Below, in pieces: positions 35,223 through 39,945 of a stretch of 39,945 nucleotides of DNA. Origin of the DNA: a virus; IMG/VR virus record IMGVR_UViG_3300025015_000006; one strand, 5' to 3'. A program made the position numbers and the translations under genes. Under the pieces are notes generated by a model. It did no database searches. It worked only from the letters and a program-made list of their open reading frames with translations, and was not told the origin of the DNA. How positions within the stretch are numbered: position 1 is the first letter of the stretch; the number at the start of each line of letters is the position of its first letter.

Positions 35223-35335
35223 CAAAGAAATTATATAGATTGATACAGTATGAACACTAGCTCTAAAACCATAGGCATGAACCAGAATAACCGCAAGAAA
35301 ACGAGCCTAAAAAACATCATTTGCGGAGAATAAAC

Positions 35336-35368
35336 TTGTACAAAGTATTATACAATATACTATATAAT
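35336..35368 (+). promoter_or_regulatory. Rightward promoter candidate
   Basis: TTGTAC (35336-35341), 21 nt, TATAAT (35363-35368). Alternative -10 elements TATACT and TACTAT lie closer. Confidence 0.4.
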
Positions 35369-35403
35369 AAAGGATGAAAGGTAGCTTAACACTTGATAAC
35401 GTT

Positions 35404-35431
35404 CAACGTGGGGCATTTTACGTTGTTTTTT
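35404..35431 (+). terminator. Rho-independent terminator about 40-70 nt downstream of the rightward promoter candidate
   Basis: CAACGT (35404-35409) pairs with ACGTTG (35420-35425) around a 10-nt loop, followed by T6. Confidence 0.6.
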
Positions 35432-35882
35432 ATAGGCTCAGCTCTTAAAAGTTTATCCGTTTAGCCTTGAACCCCTACACGAGAGAAAATACAACCTTAA
35501 GCAAATAGACAGCAAAACAAAAGCAAACTACAAGACAGAAAGAAAGACCATTATAAGCCATAAAAAAACAGGACAGTTAAAACCCCAAACCATAAAGAAC
35601 CATTTTAATAGACAGCAAGTAACAACCAAAAGGAACAGCAACAAAGCAACAAAACAGGTTTGAGATTGCGTTACGATTATTTCTTCACAGCCTCAAATTG
35701 AAGCTAAAGTTGTAACGTCGTAAATGCTATAATAGACGACGTACTATTCTGACACTTAACTACATCAATACACATCACCCATAAACTATAAGACACACTA
35801 CATAAGTGATACCCTGCCTTTGTTTAATTCAAGTTTAGCTTGATAGGACAAGGTTTAGGACTTCAGACTCCCAGAATTTCAA

Positions 35883-35974
35883 GGGAGGTAGGGTAACTCA
35901 TGGGGGTAGCCTTGTGATTATTGACTATTCCCTCTCCCCCTGAGTGTAGTTTTTAAGTACCCCTCCCTTTTTTT
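35883..35974 (+). terminator. Long interrupted GC-rich hairpin ending in T7 (terminator or structured RNA element)
   Basis: GGGAGG/CCTCCC, GGTA/TACC, ACTCA/TGAGT and GGGGG/CCCCC stack into one arm, followed by TTTTTTT at 35968-35974. Confidence 0.55.
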
Positions 35975-36001
35975 GTTGATAATACGCTCTAAAAGTACAA
36001 T

Positions 36002-36223
36002 GTGTCTACACATCACTTTACAAGTGTCTACAGTTGTGTTATCATGTGTCTACATATGTCTACAGTTAAAGTTAGTATAATTGATTTCAGAAAAAATATT
36101 TATAGGTATATAAGGGAGCTACCCCTTGCCGTAACTGCCAAAGGGAAAACCTTATTTTACATAGTTCCAGAAATAGGGGTTAAAGTTACTGATGTGTCTA
36201 CAGATGATACAGTAGTGTCTACA
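36002..36223 (+). repeat. Six direct copies of (G)TGTCTACA; iteron or operator candidates
   Basis: Copies at 36002, 36024, 36046, 36056 (ATGTCTACA), 36194 and 36215, all in the same orientation. Spacings are 22, 22, 10 and 21 nt. Four precede or overlap the start of the Phd-like gene and two lie inside it. Confidence 0.7.
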
Positions 36224-36472
36224 CATGAAGACGGAGAAAAATTAGAAAAAATTGAAGTTAAAGAAGTTAAGCTGCCTAATTTTGGTGAGTATCATTTCTC
36301 ATTTAAGGAGGGTTGGTGTCAGGGACATTTTGAGCGAGGAGTTACTTACAAGACTTATCTTATTACCTACGAGAATGAAAATGGGGATGTAACCATAGAC
36401 CATAAATGGTACTGTGAAAAGTGTGTTAATATTTTAATTGGAAAGCGGGTGGGAAAAATATATGATTCCTAA
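36056..36472 (+). CDS. Phd/YefM-antitoxin-like N-terminal domain protein with a Cys/His C-terminal domain
   Basis: From ATG 36056: MSTVKVSIIDFRKNIYRYIRELPLAVTAKGKTLFYIVPE, a Phd_YefM-type pattern. The track's GTG at 36002 lies in the iteron array and is probably spurious. Confidence 0.5.
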   Translation: MSTVKVSIIDFRKNIYRYIRELPLAVTAKGKTLFYIVPEIGVKVTDVSTDDTVVSTHEDGEKLEKIEVKEVKLPNFGEYHFSFKEGWCQGHFERGVTYKTYLITYENENGDVTIDHKWYCEKCVNILIGKRVGKIYDS

Positions 36473-36617
36473 TTGGCAGAGGAACGGGTTTAAAAACAAG
36501 GAGGAAGCTATAAAAAAGATTACGGCAGATATATCTAAGATGTATCCTATGGACCCTTGGGCTTTGATGGATGGTAATTTAAGGACAAGGATAAAGAAAT
36601 TTCAAAAGAAAATATGA
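36462..36617 (+). CDS. Small hypothetical protein (51 aa)
   Basis: Hand-found: MIPNWQRNGFKNKEEAIKKITADISKMYP... Confidence 0.35.
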   Translation: MIPNWQRNGFKNKEEAIKKITADISKMYPMDPWALMDGNLRTRIKKFQKKI

Positions 36618-36721
36618 TTAAGATATTTCTATGGTTGATGTTTTTACTGATTATTTACGCATGGTGGTATTTCCTGAATCATGACCTTGGACCACCCTGT
36701 GGTCCGTATTTTTGTAGATAG
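36614..36721 (+). CDS. Small membrane peptide (35 aa)
   Basis: Hand-found, with an ATGA overlap. MIKIFLWLMFLLIIYAWWYFLNHDLGPPCGPYFCR. Its stop TAG is fused to TTGACA. Confidence 0.3.
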   Translation: MIKIFLWLMFLLIIYAWWYFLNHDLGPPCGPYFCR

Positions 36722-36750
36722 TTGACATTTTTTAAATATTGTAGTAGATT
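36722..36750 (+). promoter_or_regulatory. Candidate promoter P6 (AGTTGACA variant)
   Basis: TAG|TTGACA, 17 nt, TAGATT (36745-36750). ATG at 36756, so the mRNA would be essentially leaderless. Confidence 0.45.
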
Positions 36751-36755
36751 TAATT

Positions 36756-37004
36756 ATGTTCCTCTTTATTTTGAGTCTACTGGGGTCTTTCCTTGGGTCT
36801 TTCGTTGGAAGTTTCCTCTTTCTTTATTATGTAAATCCACCTTCAGGAAAAAGTGAGATTCCAAAATTAGAAAAAAAATTAGTAAAAGACGGGATTAAAC
36901 CGAAAGGAACTATTCTGAAATCTGAAGAACCTGACATGGAGCGTAAACGGAAGCTACAGGAGTTTGAGAGGAAAGTTTATAGTCGGAAAGAAACCATTCT
37001 ATGA
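36756..37004 (+). CDS. Small membrane protein with a Lys-rich tail
   Basis: 82-aa ORF. The N-terminal hydrophobic segment is MFLFILSLLGSFLGSFVGSFLFLYYV. Confidence 0.5.
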   Translation: MFLFILSLLGSFLGSFVGSFLFLYYVNPPSGKSEIPKLEKKLVKDGIKPKGTILKSEEPDMERKRKLQEFERKVYSRKETIL

Positions 37005-37303
37005 AATTTGAAGAGCTGATGAGGCCAAAAATCGGACAACTGAAGTGCAATTTTGAGGAAAGACCCCTAAACCGTGAGTGGGTGACAAGAAGTTATTATT
37101 GTGCTAAATGTAGCAAAGTCCATGCCTACTCGGTTGTCGGTAAGACTGGTTTAGGCAAGGTAGATGCCTATACTTTAGGATGGAAACAGAAGAAAGATGA
37201 AATGAGACGGAAACATTACAAGGATTTAATCCAACCTAACAAAGACGGGAGGCCAAATCCTGAGTTTAAAAAAGCCTATGGTAAATACCCTCACGAAAAG
37301 TAA
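37001..37303 (+). CDS. Hypothetical protein
   Basis: 100-aa ORF, overlapping its neighbours. Confidence 0.55.
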   Translation: MKFEELMRPKIGQLKCNFEERPLNREWVTRSYYCAKCSKVHAYSVVGKTGLGKVDAYTLGWKQKKDEMRRKHYKDLIQPNKDGRPNPEFKKAYGKYPHEK

Positions 37304-37730
37304 AGAAATCATTAGGGGAGTAGAAATCAAAGATGGGAAGGTCATCACTCCCTATATGAAAGGAACGGTCGCCAAACAGATTGACTTTGTCAGGGCCTTC
37401 ATTGAAAAAGGAGGATTAATCTACAAGTCCTGCAAAGAGGCCAACATCCGCTACTCCACCTACAGGACTTGGATGAAAGACCCAAAATTCAAGCTCAAAT
37501 TCGAGGAGGCCCAGCAGATAGTCAACGAACAGGTGGAGGAATCCCTTATCCAGAAGTTCAAAAGCAAATCTCCCATACCTGAAATTTTCTATCTTAAATC
37601 AAGGGATGCAAGATACAAACAGATAGCAGTTTTGGAGGGAAATGAAGACAAACCAATCGTAATTACTCATGACACCAAAACTCTGGAGAAAATTAGTAAG
37701 ACAATTATAGATGCCTTAAAAAAAGAATGA
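37278..37730 (+). CDS. terS: Terminase small subunit (HTH type)
   Basis: 150 aa, immediately upstream of TerL. The segment QIDFVRAFIEKGGLIYKSCKEANIRYSTYRTWMKDPKFKLKFEEAQ resembles the N-terminal HTH of small terminases. Confidence 0.6.
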   Translation: MVNTLTKSKEIIRGVEIKDGKVITPYMKGTVAKQIDFVRAFIEKGGLIYKSCKEANIRYSTYRTWMKDPKFKLKFEEAQQIVNEQVEESLIQKFKSKSPIPEIFYLKSRDARYKQIAVLEGNEDKPIVITHDTKTLEKISKTIIDALKKE

Positions 37731-37731
37731 T

Positions 37732-39945
37732 ATGGATAATAAGGAATTCACCAAAGAAGAGTTAACAAAAATAATCTACGAGGCTCAATCAGTTAATCCT
37801 TTGGTCTGGATTTACGCTAACAAAATGAAGAGTGAGAGGGCAATTCCCATCTCTTTCAAGAGGCATAAATACCTTATAGAGCCTTTTTGTGATATGTCTC
37901 CCCGCCAGGTTTACCAGAAATCAGCCCAGATGGGTCTCTCAATCATGATGATTCTAAAAACCTTTTGGATGGCGAAGTTTAGAAACATGAATATTATCTA
38001 CACGCTCCCAACAGTAGAGGACGTTAGGAAGTTTGTACCTTCCAAAGTCAATCCAATCGTAAACAATAATTCCCAGATTTACAAATGGGTTAAGGACAAA
38101 GACTCCATAGAAACCAAGAAAGTCGGGGACTCGTTTATCTTCTACAAGGGAACTTTCACCAGCAAAGAGGCGATTATGTTGTCTTCCGATTTAAACGTTT
38201 ATGATGAGGTAGACCGAAGCGACTTGTCAACGATTGACATTTACTCCTCAAGGGTCAAATTTTCTCCCTATCACGGCGAGTGGTTCCTTTCCAATCCTTC
38301 AGCCCCAACGGCTGGAGTAGGAGCAAAATTCACCCTCTCAACCCAGAACCATTGGTTTATAAAACCCTCCTGTGGACATTACCAGTACATGGATTGGGAT
38401 AATAATGTGGACAAAGCCAATGGCCGCTACATCTGTTTCAGGTGCGGAAAGAAAATAGAGAATTACGACAGGACTCATGGCGAATGGGTCGCTAAATACC
38501 CCAGTCGGGAGATGAAAGGGTACTGGATTAACCAGATGATGGCCGAGTGGATAGATGTTAAAAATCTGATTTTGGAGGAGGAGGATAAAAACAAGGCCTA
38601 CTTCTATAATTTTGTTTTAGGCAAACCTTACATGGGCAGTGACACCATCATTGATGCCTCCCTTATCTTAAAAAACGTGGTTGAAACTCCAAACTCCCAA
38701 ACCAACTGTATTATGGGGGTTGACCAAGGGTTGAAAAAACATTATGTTTTGGGAAATAAGGAGGGAATTTTCCAAGTAGGGAGCACTAAGGAGTGGGACG
38801 ATATTGAGAACCTGAGAAATAAATTTGATGCGGTACTTATCATGGATGCCCTTCCCGACTTGACCGTTCCCCGCCAGTTGAGGGAAAAATATCCTCACAA
38901 AGTCCACCTCTGTTACTACCACAAAGACAAGGACAGGGCGGTAGATACCAAGTGGGGCGAGAACAAGGACTGGGGTTATGTCTGGGCTGACCGAAACCGA
39001 ACTTTACAGACGGTTATAGATTGGCTAGCTTCGGGAAAGATTAAATTCCAGATGAAACCTTATGATTTAGAAGAATTTGTAAAACACTGGTCAACTATGT
39101 ATAAATTGGTGGAGGAGGATTTCCTGGGAGTGCCCAAATTTATCTGGGAGTCAACGGGAAAAGACCATTTTTGTTTAGTTGGTGAAACTTTAATTGAAAC
39201 TTCAAAGGGAGAAATACTTATCAAGAAAGTAAAAGTTGGGGATATGGTTTTAACAAGAAAAGGATATAGGAAAGTTCTTCGTTCTTGGATGACAAGGAAG
39301 AACGCAAAGGTAATGAAAGTTAATTTCTCAAATAGAAAATCTCTTATTGGAACTCCCGACCATAAAATCTGGATTAAAGATAAAGGTTTCGTTGACTTAC
39401 ATTCTACGAACTATGGTGATATAATAGAAACATGCAAGAAGCAATCATATTCAAAGGTATTACTTATAGGAGGTATCCTGATTCTCCTAATCGTTCTGAT
39501 AGGGTGTATTTTAATTCAAATGGTACTGAACATTATAAAGGTAGGAAAAGACTTCATCAGGAAATTTGGATGTCTATTCATGGAAAATTTCCAAAAGGTT
39601 GTGCAATACACCATAAAGACGGTAACTCGCTTAACAATGATATTTCCAATCTTGAATGTATCTCAAGAAGTCTCCATATGTCCCAACATGCAAAAGAAAG
39701 TTTCAAAAATCCACAACGGAGAAAACAAAATAAAGAACATCTTAAAAAAATCAATAAATTATCACATATATGGAGAAGAACACCAGAAGGAAAAGCGTGG
39801 CATTCTAAACATGCTTTTAATTCCATTGTTCTTAAAGTTCCAAAAAAATTCAACTGTATTGAATGTAATAAACCATCTCAAACAATTTCTCGGTCAGGTG
39901 GAAAATACTGTTCCCCCAGATGTAACCATCGTTTCCAAGCAAGAG
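37732..39945 (+). CDS. terL: Terminase large subunit, intein-containing. It runs off the window end and continues at 128..388; the full CDS is 825 codons including stop, about 539 aa after splicing
   Basis: ATG at 37732, with the frame open to the window end by hand translation. Walker A-like QKSAQMGLS, Walker B LNVYDEVD, a Zn ribbon CGHY..CFRCG, and a C-terminal nuclease-type motif GKDHF interrupted by CLVGETLI. It sits directly after terS and before the portal gene. Confidence 0.85.
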   Translation, partial: MDNKEFTKEELTKIIYEAQSVNPLVWIYANKMKSERAIPISFKRHKYLIEPFCDMSPRQVYQKSAQMGLSIMMILKTFWMAKFRNMNIIYTLPTVEDVRKFVPSKVNPIVNNNSQIYKWVKDKDSIETKKVGDSFIFYKGTFTSKEAIMLSSDLNVYDEVDRSDLSTIDIYSSRVKFSPYHGEWFLSNPSAPTAGVGAKFTLSTQNHWFIKPSCGHYQYMDWDNNVDKANGRYICFRCGKKIENYDRTHGEWVAKYPSREMKGYWINQMMAEWIDVKNLILEEEDKNKAYFYNFVLGKPYMGSDTIIDASLILKNVVETPNSQTNCIMGVDQGLKKHYVLGNKEGIFQVGSTKEWDDIENLRNKFDAVLIMDALPDLTVPRQLREKYPHKVHLCYYHKDKDRAVDTKWGENKDWGYVWADRNRTLQTVIDWLASGKIKFQMKPYDLEEFVKHWSTMYKLVEEDFLGVPKFIWESTGKDHFCLVGETLIETSKGEILIKKVKVGDMVLTRKGYRKVLRSWMTRKNAKVMKVNFSNRKSLIGTPDHKIWIKDKGFVDLHSTNYGDIIETCKKQSYSKVLLIGGILILLIVLIGCILIQMVLNIIKVGKDFIRKFGCLFMENFQKVVQYTIKTVTRLTMIFPILNVSQEVSICPNMQKKVSKIHNGENKIKNILKKSINYHIYGEEHQKEKRGILNMLLIPLFLKFQKNSTVLNVINHLKQFLGQVENTVPPDVTIVSKQE
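39432..39945 (+). CDS. HNH homing endonuclease, 183 aa, in a different frame from TerL and the intein; continues to the stop at 163-165 after wrap-around
   Basis: ATG at 39432, preceded by an in-frame TGA at 39417. Hand translation gives RLHQEIWMSIHGKFPKGCAIHHKDGNSLNNDISNLECISRSLHMSQH, then a C-terminal KYCSPRCNHRFQARVWRRR. No stops in between. Confidence 0.8.
   Translation, partial: MQEAIIFKGITYRRYPDSPNRSDRVYFNSNGTEHYKGRKRLHQEIWMSIHGKFPKGCAIHHKDGNSLNNDISNLECISRSLHMSQHAKESFKNPQRRKQNKEHLKKINKLSHIWRRTPEGKAWHSKHAFNSIVLKVPKKFNCIECNKPSQTISRSGGKYCSPRCNHRFQAR
39819..39945. repeat. Second copy of the 127-bp terminal overlap
   Basis: Identical to 1..127. Implies a unit genome of 39,818 bp. Confidence 0.95.

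Larger units (their letters stand above)
39172..39945 (+). mobile_element. Intein (Hint domain) in TerL, 285 codons; continues to position 208 after wrap-around
   Basis: Block A is Cys1-LVGETLIETSKGE, block B is GTPDHKIW (TxxH), blocks F/G are VYNLEVEDVHEYFANGALVSN followed by a +1 Cys. Removing it leaves GKDHF|CHATNY. Confidence 0.8.

Noticed and set aside
36002-36055. The GTG start at 36002 for the 156-aa track ORF.
   Set aside because: The extra 18 codons consist of translated iteron copies (STHHFTSVYSCVIMCLH). The ATG at 36056 begins the recognisable Phd/YefM-like N-terminus.
36002-36223. The GTGTCTACA repeats read as a CRISPR array.
   Set aside because: The repeat is only 9 nt, spacing is irregular (10-138 nt), the copies partly lie inside a coding region, and no cas genes are present. 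An iteron or operator reading fits better.
39440-39945. The hydrophobic, TM-looking segment (LLIGGILILLIVLIGCILIQMVLNII) in the TerL frame, read as a real membrane domain.
   Set aside because: It coincides exactly with the region where the overlapping frame encodes a canonical HNH enzyme. It is more simply the overprinted by-product of that ORF, within the intein linker, than a functional membrane segment.
1-39945. Alternative genetic code (stop-codon reassignment).
   Set aside because: Long uninterrupted ORFs (up to 1076 codons) on both strands under the standard code. All three stop codons are seen terminating well-delimited genes, and no gene needs read-through to be complete.

Overview
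The window is a complete, AT-rich tailed-phage genome assembled as a circle. Bases 1-127 are identical to 39819-39945, so the unit length is 39,818 bp and the large terminase gene wraps across the window ends. No integrase, DNA polymerase, rRNA or CRISPR array was seen, and ORF lengths fit the standard genetic code.

Layout:
- Rightward (+) late block, 36.0 kb through the junction to 23.3 kb: small ORFs, TerS, TerL, portal, scaffold, major capsid protein, three further genes with strong SDs (beta-helix protein, decoration-like protein, SAP-like protein), repeat fibre, tailspike, a fused glycosyltransferase, adaptor/tail proteins, two large internal-virion or tape-measure-like proteins, and a lysis cassette (M23 peptidase plus holin-like proteins). 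The podovirus-like reading is an inference from gene order.
- Leftward (-) early block, 35.08 kb down to 23.3 kb: about 40 tightly packed small genes, many with ATGA overlaps and many of them zinc ribbons. It also holds a YqaJ-like exonuclease, a replisome-organizer-like protein, a small HTH protein, a membrane-anchored transglycosylase-like protein and two nucleases.

Most unusual observations:
1. A 285-codon intein in TerL whose HNH homing endonuclease is a separate 183-codon ORF in a different, fully overlapping frame, while the TerL/intein frame stays open across it.
2. A 132-nt tRNA-like gene with an encoded CCA and a 59-nt insert where the anticodon loop should be, followed by about 210 nt of ORF-free structured sequence.
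3. A 0.9-kb ORF-free control region between the divergent blocks: promoter, two intrinsic terminators, an A/C-rich tract and GTGTCTACA iterons running into a Phd/YefM-like gene.
4. A recurring AGTTGAYW motif fused to stop codons at module boundaries.
5. An 816-aa multi-domain glycosyltransferase in the tail module, followed by a small sequon-rich protein.

All functional calls come from reading motifs by eye; no database search was run.
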